Positions 46,314-59,670 are shown, numbered from the stretch's first letter. The stretch is 64,000 nucleotides of DNA from Minisyncoccia bacterium (GCA_038256975.1 JBBSJU010000002.1:1064-65063), one strand, 5' to 3'. A program made the numbers and translations. Notes: generated by a model not told the origin, from the letters alone.

Positions 46314-47429
46314 ATGTTCGAATTCCTTAAGAAAATTATACCAGGTTCATCTCAAGGTGGTCATGGATCAAGCGTGCTTGGTATTGATATTGGAAGTTCT
46401 GCTATTAAAGTAGTGCAGTTGCGTAAAAAGGATGGTAAAGCAATTCTTGAAACATACGGTGCACTCGCTCTTGGTCCCTATGCTGGCTTGGAAGTAGGGC
46501 AAGCAACCAATTTAGATCAAGTAAAGGTTGCACAAGCACTCACCGATATTATCCGTGAAGCGAAAGTGACTACAAAAGACTGCGCTATAGCCATTCCGCT
46601 TTCGGCAAGCTTAGTGCGCACGGTGACACTTCCTCGGGTGAGTGAAAAAGAATTAGCAACCATGGTTCCTATTGAAGCGCGCAAATATATTCCTGTGCCG
46701 ATCGGAGAGGTAAATTTAGATTGGTGGGTTATTCCAAATCAAGCTGTTGAAAGTGAAACTGAAGACGAAGCGACACGAGTGCCAAAAGTCGAGGTCCTTA
46801 TTGCAGCTATTCATAATGAAACTGTTGAGAAGTACAAAGTCATTAGTCAGACAGCAGGTATAGTGCCTACTTTTTATGAGATAGAACTCTTTAGTACAGT
46901 GCGCTCTGTACTTCGTCGCGAAATGTCGCCAACACTTGTGATAGATATTGGGGCAGGCGCTACAAAAGTTTCTTTGGTGGAGCGTGGGGTACTTAAACGC
47001 TCGCACCACATCAATCGTGGTTCGCAAGACATCACCCTTGCTATCTCCCGATCTCTGGGTGTTTCTATAAAACAAGCCGAAGACATGAAGCGTCGCTATG
47101 GAACGCTTGGCAAAAAAGATGACGATGCTATTCGTGAATTAGTTGAACTCACCTCGGAATTTATTTTTAGCCAAGCTGCTCAAGTTGCGCTTGCGTACGA
47201 ACGCCAAGAAAACAAAATTATTAAAAAAGCAATTCTCACCGGCGGTGGGGCACTGCTTAAAGGTGTACTTACTGATGCGCAAGAAAAACTTGAAATGGAA
47301 GTAATCACAGGACATCCGTTCTCCGTTGTGGAGGCTCCGGTATTTTTACACGATATTCTCTCCCAAGCGGGTCCAGAATTTGCTGTGGCTATTGGTCTTG
47401 CACTTCGCAAACTTGAAGAGTTGGGGTAG
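46314..47429 (+). CDS. pilM: type IV pilus assembly ATPase-like protein PilM
   Basis: Actin-like fold N-terminus GIDIGSSAIKVVQL. Confidence 0.8.
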   Translation: MFEFLKKIIPGSSQGGHGSSVLGIDIGSSAIKVVQLRKKDGKAILETYGALALGPYAGLEVGQATNLDQVKVAQALTDIIREAKVTTKDCAIAIPLSASLVRTVTLPRVSEKELATMVPIEARKYIPVPIGEVNLDWWVIPNQAVESETEDEATRVPKVEVLIAAIHNETVEKYKVISQTAGIVPTFYEIELFSTVRSVLRREMSPTLVIDIGAGATKVSLVERGVLKRSHHINRGSQDITLAISRSLGVSIKQAEDMKRRYGTLGKKDDDAIRELVELTSEFIFSQAAQVALAYERQENKIIKKAILTGGGALLKGVLTDAQEKLEMEVITGHPFSVVEAPVFLHDILSQAGPEFAVAIGLALRKLEELG

Positions 47430-47459
47430 TTGACAGATGTAGTACTTTTGTGCTATAAT
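47430..47459 (+). promoter_or_regulatory. strong sigma70-like promoter with extended -10
   Basis: TTGACA, 18 nt, TGcTATAAT. Confidence 0.55.
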
Positions 47460-47607
47460 GAAAAGAGTCAAAAAGCTCTTTAAAACAAGGTTTGCCCTAG
47501 CTTTAAGTATTTAGAAAATTTGAATATTTGAAGCTGGGGTAGAACTAAGGGTCATTTCGACCTAAGCTATTCTTGCAAGGCGAAATTCCATACAGGAGAA
47601 AAGCGCC

Positions 47608-48168
47608 ATGGGTAACCATAACGAATTCGTAGCACAGGTGGTACGTCATCTACCAGAGATGACGGTCGCGGTCCGGCAACATTGGATAAAAAATCCAGGT
47701 CTGCTCAAGACGGCTTTGGCAACCGCCCTTGCCACCACCTTCCTGACGGGTGAGTACTTCATTACTCGTCCAGGGCTCTGGGTATCCACCGACTTCAAGT
47801 TGCGGATCACTTCCGCCTACCCCGAAGCACTTGTGCCCCGGGGACTTCATGGGGTGGAAAGTTTTGATTTGACGAATGGCTCGTCGGACCAAGACATCCT
47901 CACCAAGATGGGCGGCGAAGAAAACGTGCTCAAGCACGCTTTTACTCCCGATCAGCTCAGCGACCTGATCAATCTCCAGGAAAATGGGGAGTCTGGCCAG
48001 CTTCAGAACAACGGCTGCGCCAATCTATTCTACGTGGTTGGTGCAAACGGAGTGCTCTTCGTGGTCAGCGTCCTCTGGTACGCTGACGGTCGTGGGTGGA
48101 GCGTGAGCGCGTGGGAGCTCGGTGGGGTTCGCTGGCCTGCGGGTCTTCGGGTTTTTCGCAACACCTAG
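47608..48168 (+). CDS. hypothetical protein, GC-rich stand-alone cassette inserted between pilM and pilN
   Basis: AGGAG SD 9 nt before ATG; own consensus promoter and terminator; GC far above neighbours; no recognisable domain. Confidence 0.45.
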   Translation: MGNHNEFVAQVVRHLPEMTVAVRQHWIKNPGLLKTALATALATTFLTGEYFITRPGLWVSTDFKLRITSAYPEALVPRGLHGVESFDLTNGSSDQDILTKMGGEENVLKHAFTPDQLSDLINLQENGESGQLQNNGCANLFYVVGANGVLFVVSVLWYADGRGWSVSAWELGGVRWPAGLRVFRNT

Positions 48169-48210
48169 ACTTTTTGATTCTGAGGTTAAGAAATAAAATT
48201 TGTTTTACTT

Positions 48211-48246
48211 TGCCCGCGGCGTTCCTACGCCGCGGGTCTTTCTTTT
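48211..48246 (+). terminator. rho-independent terminator
   Basis: CCCGCGGCGttcctaCGCCGCGGGtctttcttttg. Confidence 0.7.
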
Positions 48247-48321
48247 GTATTAAAAAGGGAATAACTATCAACACTTGCTATAGCCAAAAAAAAGGTGGAA
48301 GGGTATACTATAGAGTAAGTT

Positions 48322-49002
48322 ATGGATGCTCAAACATCATTTATTCCAAAGCGTACCTTAGATACTCAAACTCGCATTGAACGTGCCGATACGGTAAATA
48401 TTTTTACCGTACTTTCTACACTCGTTTTCTTTATTATTCTTTTAGCATCGGGCGGTATATTTTTCTGGAAACAAACACTCCAAAGTCAGGTTGCAGAAGT
48501 TGAAGCGCAATTGGTAAGAGAAAAAGAATCTTTTAATGAACAAGGCATCGTAGACCTTACGCGTCTTGACCAGCGTCTTACTGCTTCGGCCCAACTCCTT
48601 GATTCTCGTCTCTATACATCGAAGATATTCCAGCTTTTGAATGACAACACTATTAAAACGGTTCGTTTCGGCAAGTTTACTATCGACCCGCTCCTCACTG
48701 ATAAGAGTAAACTAAAAGTCACGGTAAGTGGGCAAGCCAAGGATTATGCATCTGTTGCTTTGCAGTCGGATATTTTCTCAAAACTGAGCGATGCAGTACT
48801 TGAGTATGAATTTTCAAATCTTACTTTAGATCAAGCAGGAAATGTACTCTTTGATATGAGTGCAATAATAAACAAGCAGGCGGTTTCATTTGATGCAATC
48901 TCGCAGCAGATTGATTACTCACAATCGCTCTCAAGTGGAGCTTCGGATGTACCTGCCTCAAGTGAGGGTGAAGTAGTAAATGATCCATTTCCTATAAATT
49001 AA
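48322..49002 (+). CDS. pilN: PilN-like type IV pilus assembly protein
   Basis: N-terminal TM then coiled coil; position between pilM and the pilO-like gene. Confidence 0.5.
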   Translation: MDAQTSFIPKRTLDTQTRIERADTVNIFTVLSTLVFFIILLASGGIFFWKQTLQSQVAEVEAQLVREKESFNEQGIVDLTRLDQRLTASAQLLDSRLYTSKIFQLLNDNTIKTVRFGKFTIDPLLTDKSKLKVTVSGQAKDYASVALQSDIFSKLSDAVLEYEFSNLTLDQAGNVLFDMSAIINKQAVSFDAISQQIDYSQSLSSGASDVPASSEGEVVNDPFPIN

Positions 49003-49004
49003 TT

Positions 49005-49568
49005 ATGATGCGACTTATTTTTAATGCAGTTCTCCTCGCCGCTTCAATCGCAATTATTTTTGTGTATATTAAGCCAACATATGAGGATGCTTCCCAGGGG
49101 ATAGTTGCTTTGCAGGAAAAGAAGGCAAATCTTTTGCAGGCGCGTTCTGACCTCGATGTTCTAAAAAGAAAACAAACAGAGTTGTTTGCTTTGCGAAATG
49201 AGATTTCTCAAAATGATTTGAACAAGCTTGAACGAATGTTGCCAAAAGAAATCAATCCAGTTCTCTTTATTATGGAGCTTGATACTATTGCACGTGATCA
49301 AGGAATGTCACTTAAAAATATTAAGTTTGATGATGCTAAAAAAGAACCAACAGGCGCTACTCTCCCAAGTGCTACTCCAAAAAAGACATATGAGACCTTC
49401 ACAGTAACATTTGATGTTGCTGGGCGATATCAAAATTTCAGCACATTCCTTGATCTTATTGAACAAGGATTGCGTGTTACAGATGTTACTTCGGTGGTGT
49501 TGACTGCAAATGATAGGGTCGATGTGTATCAGTACACTGTTAAGGCACAGACGTATTGGATGAAATAA
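49005..49568 (+). CDS. pilO: PilO-like type IV pilus assembly protein
   Basis: TM then coiled coil; gene order. Confidence 0.5.
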   Translation: MMRLIFNAVLLAASIAIIFVYIKPTYEDASQGIVALQEKKANLLQARSDLDVLKRKQTELFALRNEISQNDLNKLERMLPKEINPVLFIMELDTIARDQGMSLKNIKFDDAKKEPTGATLPSATPKKTYETFTVTFDVAGRYQNFSTFLDLIEQGLRVTDVTSVVLTANDRVDVYQYTVKAQTYWMK

Positions 49569-49569
49569 T

Positions 49570-49962
49570 ATGCAAAATAAACTTAAACCAATTCTCATTA
49601 TTCTCGGACTCGTCGCCCTTGGGGCCATTGTCTATATATTCCTTATTCGTGATCCAGACACAGCGTCACTCACTCGTACAACCCCTGGCGGGACAACTCT
49701 TCCGGCTGGGAGTGCGCGCCCATCGGACCAGGTAAATGTTGAGCAGTTTCAAAAACTTCTTACAGAGCTCAACAGTATACGACTTGATAGAGGAGTGTTC
49801 TCAAGAGAGCAATATCCAAACCTTATTGACCACACTCAGAATGCACTCATAAAACTCGACCAAACAAAAGCTGTTGCACCGCTGGGTAAACAAAACCCAT
49901 TTCAAGCATTAGACGGCATGTCAGCATCGGTAATTTTACAAGGAACCCCTAGTTCTCGTTAA
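49570..49962 (+). CDS. pilus-locus membrane-anchored protein (PilP-like?)
   Basis: N-terminal TM; position only. Confidence 0.3.
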   Translation: MQNKLKPILIILGLVALGAIVYIFLIRDPDTASLTRTTPGGTTLPAGSARPSDQVNVEQFQKLLTELNSIRLDRGVFSREQYPNLIDHTQNALIKLDQTKAVAPLGKQNPFQALDGMSASVILQGTPSSR

Positions 49963-49967
49963 TTGGT

Positions 49968-51713
49968 ATGCTTTTAGTCGACGAACTAGTACGACTGGGA
50001 TATCTCACAGAAGTTGCTGCAAATCAGGCCCTCTCTGAGCATCGTGCGGTGGAGGACGAAGCGCCTATTGATGCGTATGTAGAAAAATATGGCGTAACTG
50101 AAGATCAGCTTTTGAAGGCGCGCAGCAATCTCTACGGTATTCCTATTAGAAAAATAGACCCAAAGACAATTGATCCCCAAGTATTGAAATATATTGCCCA
50201 AGAGTCTGCGGCGCAGTATAAATTCATTCCGCTCGCCGTCAATGACGGTATTCTTGAGGTGGGGATGGTTGATCCTGAATTTTTGTCTGCAAAAGATGCC
50301 TTACAGTTTATTTCGGCAAAAATAGGTTTGCCGTACGCTATAGTTTTAATCGCTCAATCTGAGTTCGACAAGGCGCTTGAAATGTATCGTGGAATAAGTG
50401 GTGAGGTAGACAAGGCGCTTGAAGAATTCGGTGTTGAAAATTTAGATGATACCGACAATAAGTACTCGAACGATAAAGATCTCACTGAAGCATATAAAGC
50501 CGTGGCAAAAGGCGGGAATGCGAATGCGATTGTTGAAGATGCACCTGTAACAAAAATTGTTTCAGTTATTTTACGTCACGCGCTTGAGCAAAATGCATCA
50601 GATATTCATATCGAACACGTAGGAGATAAGGTGAAGGTTCGTTTCCGAATCGACGGTGTTCTTGAAACGAATATCACGCTTCCTCCAACCGTGCATAGTG
50701 CTGTTGTTGCGCGTATAAAAATTATGGCAAGTTTAAAACTTGATGAAAAACGTAAACCCCAAGACGGACGTTTTTCTTCGATGTTTAATGGACATAAAAT
50801 AGACTTTCGTGTTTCGTCGCTTCCTGCATATTACGGTGAGAAAGTGGTAATTCGTATTCTCGACTCATATCGTGGAGTAAAGCCTCTTGAAGATGTTGGG
50901 TTTACCACAGAAGCACTGCAGATTATTCGTGACAGTATTCGCCGCCCGTACGGACTTATTCTGATTAGTGGTCCAACTGGAAGTGGAAAAACGACCACAC
51001 TCTATTCGATGTTAAATGAAATTGACCGTGACAAACAAAACGTTGTTTCTCTTGAAGATCCGGTAGAATATAATATTCCGGGACTGAATCAGTCGCAAAT
51101 TATGCCAGAAATTGGCTATACGTTTGCTACGGGATTGCGTTCTATTTTGCGCCAAGACCCCGATGTGATCATGGTTGGTGAAATTCGCGACAAAGAAACA
51201 GCGCAGCTTGCCATTCAAGCCGCACTCACTGGACACCTCGTACTCTCTACAATTCACACCAATAGTGCTATTGGTGTTATTCCACGTCTTGTTGATATGG
51301 GAGTAGACCCATATTTGATTGCTCCAACACTTATTCTAACTATGGCACAACGCCTTGTGCCAAAAATAAATCCAGAGTGCAAAAAAGAAGTTCCACACGA
51401 GGAAAGCATGCGCTCAATGATTCAAAAAGAGTTTGAATCATTACCAGATGAATTTAAAAAGAAGCTCAATCTTACGCGACCATTTTTTGAAGCAGAAGGG
51501 AATGAAGATGTTCCATCTGGCACTACGGGACGTGTGGCTGTGCTTGAAATTCTTCCTATTACCAAAGAGATTGAGCATGTTATTTTAAATGGTGCTCAGG
51601 AACCTGATATTGAAAAAGTTGCACGAGCACAGGGAATGCTCACCATGAAGGAAGACGCCCTTCTTAAAAGTATGGATGGATTTGTGCCACTTCGTGAGGC
51701 ATACAATCTGTAA
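49968..51713 (+). CDS. pilB: type IV pilus assembly ATPase PilB/GspE
   Basis: GspII N-domain; Walker A GPTGSGKTTTLY; Asp and His boxes. Confidence 0.9.
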   Translation: MLLVDELVRLGYLTEVAANQALSEHRAVEDEAPIDAYVEKYGVTEDQLLKARSNLYGIPIRKIDPKTIDPQVLKYIAQESAAQYKFIPLAVNDGILEVGMVDPEFLSAKDALQFISAKIGLPYAIVLIAQSEFDKALEMYRGISGEVDKALEEFGVENLDDTDNKYSNDKDLTEAYKAVAKGGNANAIVEDAPVTKIVSVILRHALEQNASDIHIEHVGDKVKVRFRIDGVLETNITLPPTVHSAVVARIKIMASLKLDEKRKPQDGRFSSMFNGHKIDFRVSSLPAYYGEKVVIRILDSYRGVKPLEDVGFTTEALQIIRDSIRRPYGLILISGPTGSGKTTTLYSMLNEIDRDKQNVVSLEDPVEYNIPGLNQSQIMPEIGYTFATGLRSILRQDPDVIMVGEIRDKETAQLAIQAALTGHLVLSTIHTNSAIGVIPRLVDMGVDPYLIAPTLILTMAQRLVPKINPECKKEVPHEESMRSMIQKEFESLPDEFKKKLNLTRPFFEAEGNEDVPSGTTGRVAVLEILPITKEIEHVILNGAQEPDIEKVARAQGMLTMKEDALLKSMDGFVPLREAYNL

Positions 51714-51733
51714 AAATACGCTATACTATTCTT

Positions 51734-52798
51734 ATGGCACTCGACTACAAACTAGAACTCGTTGATCTTATTTCTACCGTTATTAAAGAAGGTGGATCAG
51801 ATATTCATTTCTCGGTAGGGAGTCACCCCATTGTCCGTATTTCTGGAGATCTTATTCCGCTTACTCGCAAACCAGAACTCACAGCTGAAGATACGGTTGG
51901 GTTTGTTCGAGAACTTCTAGACGATCAAAAACTAAAAAGATTTTTGGATACTCAAGAAATTGATTTTTCATACGAGTATCAAGATACGCGTTTGCGTGGG
52001 AATGCTTTTTTCCAGAAAGGCGTTGTGAGTATTGTGATGCGATTGGTGCCCAAGATAAAAACTCTTACCGAGCTCAATCTGCCACCAATTCTTGCAACAT
52101 TCGCAGAAAAACGCCAGGGATTCTTTTTGGTTGTTGGTCCAGTTGGCCATGGAAAGTCAACAACACTTGCTGCTTTAATTAATCTCATCAATCAAAATCG
52201 TCGAGAACACATTGTGACCGTTGAAGATCCGATCGAGTATGTGTATGTGAAAGATAAATCTATTATCGACCAACGTGAAGTTGGATTAGATACAAAAGAT
52301 TTTCAGTCGGCACTGAAATCTGTGTTTCGCGAAGACGTCGACGTTATCTTGATTGGTGAAATGCGAAATGCAGAGACCATCGCTACAGCTGTTACTGCAG
52401 CTGAAACAGGACACCTGGTCTTCTCAACGCTCCACACAAACTCTGCCTCTCAGACAGTTGACCGTATTATTGACGCCTTTCCAGGTGATCAGCAGGATCA
52501 GATTCGCACACAGCTTGCCGGGTCGCTTCTGGGAATTTTCTCTCAGCGGCTGATTCCACGTATTTCAGGCGGCCTTATTCCTGCCTATGAGCTTCTCATT
52601 AACAATAATGCAGTAGCAAACTTAATTCGCGAGCGTCGAACGAATGAGATTAACCTTGTGATTGAAACAGGTACGGAACAGGGAATGATCGACCTTAATC
52701 GCTCACTTGTTGATCTGGTTCGCCGAGGTGAAATTACTGTTGAGTCAGCTTTTAGCTATTCAACAGACCCACACGCTCTTGAGCGTCTTCTTCAATAG
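51734..52798 (+). CDS. pilT: twitching-motility retraction ATPase PilT
   Basis: GPVGHGKSTTLAALIN Walker A; about 350-aa PilT size. Confidence 0.9.
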   Translation: MALDYKLELVDLISTVIKEGGSDIHFSVGSHPIVRISGDLIPLTRKPELTAEDTVGFVRELLDDQKLKRFLDTQEIDFSYEYQDTRLRGNAFFQKGVVSIVMRLVPKIKTLTELNLPPILATFAEKRQGFFLVVGPVGHGKSTTLAALINLINQNRREHIVTVEDPIEYVYVKDKSIIDQREVGLDTKDFQSALKSVFREDVDVILIGEMRNAETIATAVTAAETGHLVFSTLHTNSASQTVDRIIDAFPGDQQDQIRTQLAGSLLGIFSQRLIPRISGGLIPAYELLINNNAVANLIRERRTNEINLVIETGTEQGMIDLNRSLVDLVRRGEITVESAFSYSTDPHALERLLQ

Positions 52799-52803
52799 TA
52801 GTT

Positions 52804-54009
52804 ATGATTTTTGATTATAAAGTAATAAACGATACTGGATCACAAACAAAAGGTACTATCGACGCGCTGAATAAAGAGGTGGCCATTTCTTCTCTTCAGC
52901 GACGTGGTTTTATTATTCTGGATATTAAAGAGCAGGGCACAAACAAAGGTATTTTTTCAAACATTGAATTCTTTGACCGAGTCAAACAAAAAGACGTGGT
53001 GATTCTTTCCCGACAGATAGCTACTCTTTTTGAAGCCGGTGTCTCAGCACTTAAGGTCTTTCGCCTCCTTTCTGCTGAAATGGAGAACGAGAGTTTACGA
53101 AAAGTGCTTACGGAAGTTTCAGATGATCTCCAGGGTGGGTCTTCAATTTCAAACTCACTCGCAAAACACCCAAAAGTGTTTACTTCGTTTTATGTGAATA
53201 TGGTCAAGGCTGGTGAAGAATCTGGAAAACTTAATCAAACGTTTAATTATTTAGCAGATTATCTTGACCGTACATATGAGCTCACTTCAAAAACAAAAAA
53301 TGCTCTCATCTACCCATCATTTGTAATTGGAACGTTCTTTATTGTAATGATCTTGATGCTGACACTTGTAATTCCAAAACTTTCAGTCATTATTCAAGAT
53401 TCCGGTGGTGAAATTCCAATTTATACAAAAGTTGTTATTGCTCTTAGTGATTTCCTTGTTAATTACGGAATTTTTATCCTTATTTTTATTGCACTCGCAT
53501 TTGCCTACCTCTATTGGCAAAACGGACGTAACCCAGATAAAAACATTTGGGATACCCTGAAGCTCCAAATTCCGTATATCAAAACTATTTACGAAAAGCT
53601 CTATCTGTCTCGTATTGCAGACAATCTCGATACCATGCTCTCATCAGGCATTCCTATTGTGCGTGCTCTTGAAATTACCTCTGCCGTAGTTGAAAACAAA
53701 GTCTATGAGCAGGTGCTCGTAGCAAGCACGGAATCCGTGAAAGGGGGAGCACTTATTTCGGAAGCCTTTGCAAAGCATAAAGAAATGCCAAACCTGATGA
53801 TCCAAATGACAAAAATTGGCGAAGAGACAGGGGAGCTTGGGTATATTCTTAAAAATTTGGCGCATTTTTATAAACGGGAAGTAGACAGTGCGGTGGATAC
53901 TCTTGTAGGACTTATTGAGCCGGTCATGATTGTAGCACTTGGCGTGGGAGTAGGACTTTTGCTTACCTCAGTACTTATCCCAATTTACAATATCGCAGGA
54001 AGTATTTAG
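52804..54009 (+). CDS. pilC: type IV pilus platform protein PilC/GspF
   Basis: Two GspF repeats, 3 TM segments, 401 aa. Confidence 0.9.
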   Translation: MIFDYKVINDTGSQTKGTIDALNKEVAISSLQRRGFIILDIKEQGTNKGIFSNIEFFDRVKQKDVVILSRQIATLFEAGVSALKVFRLLSAEMENESLRKVLTEVSDDLQGGSSISNSLAKHPKVFTSFYVNMVKAGEESGKLNQTFNYLADYLDRTYELTSKTKNALIYPSFVIGTFFIVMILMLTLVIPKLSVIIQDSGGEIPIYTKVVIALSDFLVNYGIFILIFIALAFAYLYWQNGRNPDKNIWDTLKLQIPYIKTIYEKLYLSRIADNLDTMLSSGIPIVRALEITSAVVENKVYEQVLVASTESVKGGALISEAFAKHKEMPNLMIQMTKIGEETGELGYILKNLAHFYKREVDSAVDTLVGLIEPVMIVALGVGVGLLLTSVLIPIYNIAGSI

Positions 54010-54012
54010 CCC

Positions 54013-54040
54013 TAGGCATAAAATGTGTGAGTGCTATACT
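54013..54040 (+). promoter_or_regulatory. putative promoter for the pilin gene
   Basis: TAGGCA, 16 nt, TGcTATACT (extended -10). Confidence 0.35.
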
Positions 54041-54087
54041 ATATGTAGGCTAACGTAGCCGATAAATCAAAACGTTTTCATTCAATT

Positions 54088-54459
54088 ATGTCTAATATTA
54101 AAAAAGGTTTTACCTTGATAGAACTCTTGGTGGTAATCGCGATCATCGGTATTCTCGCGACAGTGGTACTTTCATCTTTAGGTAGTGCGCGAACAAGTGC
54201 GAACGATGCAAAAACAAAAGCGCAAGTTTCTGGTGCTCGTGCCGAAGCAGAAATAATTGCCTCAGCTAATAATGGATCGTACGCTACTGTTTGTCCTGGA
54301 CTAGCAGCTTTTGGAGCCGTTGAAGGAACAAACTGTGCCGACAGTGCTACTGCGTGGGCTTTCAGTAGTCCTATTTCAGGTGGTCATTTTTGTGCAGACA
54401 GTACAGGAGTTGCGGCAACAAGTTCTTCTGCCGTGACAACAACACCTTCTTGTCCATAA
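54088..54459 (+). CDS. pilA: type IV major pilin
   Basis: Prepilin leader [20 protein letters not shown] (G|FTLIE cleavage/methylation motif). Confidence 0.85.
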   Translation: MSNIKKGFTLIELLVVIAIIGILATVVLSSLGSARTSANDAKTKAQVSGARAEAEIIASANNGSYATVCPGLAAFGAVEGTNCADSATAWAFSSPISGGHFCADSTGVAATSSSAVTTTPSCP

Positions 54460-54478
54460 AAGATCTTTCTCTAATCTA

Positions 54479-54506
54479 AAAAACCACCCATTGGGTGGTT
54501 TTTTGT
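54479..54506 (+). terminator. rho-independent terminator after pilin
   Basis: AAAACCACCCAttgGGTGGTTTTTTG. Confidence 0.7.
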
Positions 54507-54520
54507 TTTATAATACATGA

Positions 54521-55321
54521 ATGGAATTTCTTAATCTTGGACTTATTTTTATTTTCGGCACAATCATCGGCAGTTTCTTGAATGTAGTCATATATCGCCT
54601 CGGCACTGGGTTTTCTATACACAAAGGGCGCTCTCGGTGTTTTTCTTGCAATAAAACTCTTGCTTGGTACGAACTTATCCCGATCGTGAGCTTTGTATTG
54701 CAAAAAGGACGTTGTCGGGTATGTCAGGCACAACTTTCATTGCAGTACCCGCTCGTAGAGGTTTTTACCGGAATACTTTTTATTTTTTCTGCATACAGCA
54801 CATCGTTTAATATTTTTCAGACATCAGCACAAACCCTCGCAATTTTTATTTTCTACGCAGCTATAAGCTCATTTCTGGTTGTTCTTTTTGTGTACGACGT
54901 AAAGCATAAGATACTTCCAAGTTTGGTACTCTATTCTTTTGTGGCGATTTCTTTTGTGCACACGCTTTTCTTGTTTGTTGGAAATGAGAGAACTTTACTT
55001 GATGTTTTCTCGAGCCTCATTTTAGCAGCACCTATTTTTATCTTGTGGCTTATTTCAAAGGGGAAGTGGATTGGATTTGCGGACGGAGTTCTTTTTCTTG
55101 GTGTTGGATTTCTTCTCGGGTTTGTACTTGGAGTACAGGCATTTCTTTTTGCATTTTGGATTGGTGCGATAGTTGCCCTTATTCTCACGTATATTTCGCC
55201 TCGTCGGTTTGGTTTTAAGTCAGAGATACCGTTTGGTCCATTCATTATTCTGTCCACGCTATTCTTTTTGTACACACAAAGCGATATACTAGGAGTATCA
55301 CTTCTCTATGATCTCTTTTAA
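54521..55321 (+). CDS. pilD: prepilin peptidase (A24 family)
   Basis: N-terminal CxxC...CxxC zinc-binding motif (RCFSC...CRVC) and polytopic membrane domain. Confidence 0.85.
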   Translation: MEFLNLGLIFIFGTIIGSFLNVVIYRLGTGFSIHKGRSRCFSCNKTLAWYELIPIVSFVLQKGRCRVCQAQLSLQYPLVEVFTGILFIFSAYSTSFNIFQTSAQTLAIFIFYAAISSFLVVLFVYDVKHKILPSLVLYSFVAISFVHTLFLFVGNERTLLDVFSSLILAAPIFILWLISKGKWIGFADGVLFLGVGFLLGFVLGVQAFLFAFWIGAIVALILTYISPRRFGFKSEIPFGPFIILSTLFFLYTQSDILGVSLLYDLF

Positions 55322-55889
55322 AGATACAGATAAAGGTTTTACGTTGGTTGAAATGATTATTTCTGTCGGGATTTTTACTGTTATGTCCGCCGTTATTCTT
55401 GCCAATTATCCTGAGTTTCGAAGCCGAAGCGCACTTGATAATCTCACCGCTCAAATAGCGACGGTCTATCGTGAAGCTCAAGTATATGGGATTTCTGTTC
55501 GTGAAGAAGGAGATGATGATTTTAGTATTGGTTACGGTGTACACATTGATCGGGTGTTAAATGAAACTGAGCTCATTATTTTCGCTGATAAAGACAAAGA
55601 CTTTATTTTTTCTGATGAAGACGATGCAGTATTAGAAACTTTTAGGCTTACTGGAGGTGAGAAGATAACCAAGCTGTGCATTCCTAGTTGTGCGCTGGAG
55701 ACTGAAAGTGAAGATGAAGTTGATTCTCTGACGGCAGTTTTTGTTCGTCCTAATCCAGATGCGTACTTTAGTATCCGAGACACACCAGAACCATCTGCTG
55801 CAAGTATCTCAATTGAGGTTTCAAATAGATCTGGTTCATATGTAAGAAATGTTGAGGTCTTTACAACCGGGCAGATTTCGGTGAGGTAG
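55308..55889 (+). CDS. minor pilin / pseudopilin
   Basis: KGFTLVEMIISVGIF prepilin N-terminus. Confidence 0.7.
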   Translation: MISFKDTDKGFTLVEMIISVGIFTVMSAVILANYPEFRSRSALDNLTAQIATVYREAQVYGISVREEGDDDFSIGYGVHIDRVLNETELIIFADKDKDFIFSDEDDAVLETFRLTGGEKITKLCIPSCALETESEDEVDSLTAVFVRPNPDAYFSIRDTPEPSAASISIEVSNRSGSYVRNVEVFTTGQISVR

Positions 55890-55909
55890 GGTATAATGGG
55901 AAGAACGGT

Positions 55910-56467
55910 ATGAAAGTTTTCTCGCCCACAATTCGAAAGGGATTTACTCTTGTGGAGATGCTTGTTGCAATTGCTATTTTTATGATTGTAGTTACAACAA
56001 CCCTTGGTGCATTTTTGAAAATGGTTGATGTTAACAAAAAAGTTCAAAGTGTACGAAATGCCATGGATAACGCAAATTTAGCAATGGAAACGATGATGCG
56101 AAACATTCGTCTCGGGTATGACTACTGTCAAGTGGGACCAAGTTGTACTGCAAATAGTTTAAGTTTTAGAGATCAAAGTGGAAATATTGTTACCTACGAA
56201 CTAATTGAAGGTCCGCTCGCTATTGGACAGGAGGAAACTTCGTATCAGATGATACGAAGCATAAACAGTGGTCCGCAAGTCGCTATTACATCTCCAGATA
56301 TCGCTATTGAAGTTCTCTCTTTTGATGTGAATGGCGCCTCTGTCTTAGATAATGTTCAGGCACATGTGAATATTTTTGTGAAAGGAAAAACACTTCTTCC
56401 GAAAAATGAACATAATTTTGATTTTTCTTTCCAGTCGCTTGCAACCCAAAGACTCTATGATAAATAA
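55910..56467 (+). CDS. minor pilin / pseudopilin
   Basis: KGFTLVEMLVAIAIF prepilin N-terminus. Confidence 0.7.
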   Translation: MKVFSPTIRKGFTLVEMLVAIAIFMIVVTTTLGAFLKMVDVNKKVQSVRNAMDNANLAMETMMRNIRLGYDYCQVGPSCTANSLSFRDQSGNIVTYELIEGPLAIGQEETSYQMIRSINSGPQVAITSPDIAIEVLSFDVNGASVLDNVQAHVNIFVKGKTLLPKNEHNFDFSFQSLATQRLYDK

Positions 56468-56468
56468 A

Positions 56469-56995
56469 ATGATACAACAAAAAAGTAAAGGCTTCACACT
56501 TATTGAAGTATTAGTAGCTGTTTTTATCCTCATTACTGCGGTTGTCGTGCCACTTACTATTGGTTCAAAGGCGTATGCCTATTCAAATTTTGTGCGAGAT
56601 CAGTCTACCGCGTCATATCTTGCCCAAGAAGCTGTCGAGTTTGTGCGACTTGTACGTGACAACGCAAGCTTAAATCCGTCTCCAAGTGGTGCGTGGGTGG
56701 ATTTTAAATCAGCTATTGATACCTGTATGTCTGATAGTGGCTGCCAATTCAGTGTTCTTGAGGATAGTCCTTCAATAGATGAATGTGGAGGAAAATGTGA
56801 CTCACTGTATCGACAAGCGGGTGGTACGTATTCGTATACACCAGTGGAGGGTTCAAATAAGTGGTTTCTGAGAACGGTAAAGACGGTTGTTGTCGGTAAA
56901 AATGCCTTTGAACGCGTTCAGGTAGAGGTTACGGTATTGTGGAATACAAACGGGATTGATGAGCGGAGCTTTACAGTAACTGATTATTTAACACC

Positions 56996-57008
<13 letters not shown>
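56469..57008 (+). CDS. minor pilin / pseudopilin
   Basis: KGFTLIEVLVAVFIL prepilin N-terminus; start placed at MIQQKSKGF. Confidence 0.65.
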
Positions 57009-59658
<2,650 letters not shown>

Positions 59659-59670
59659 TATTCTGTAGGT

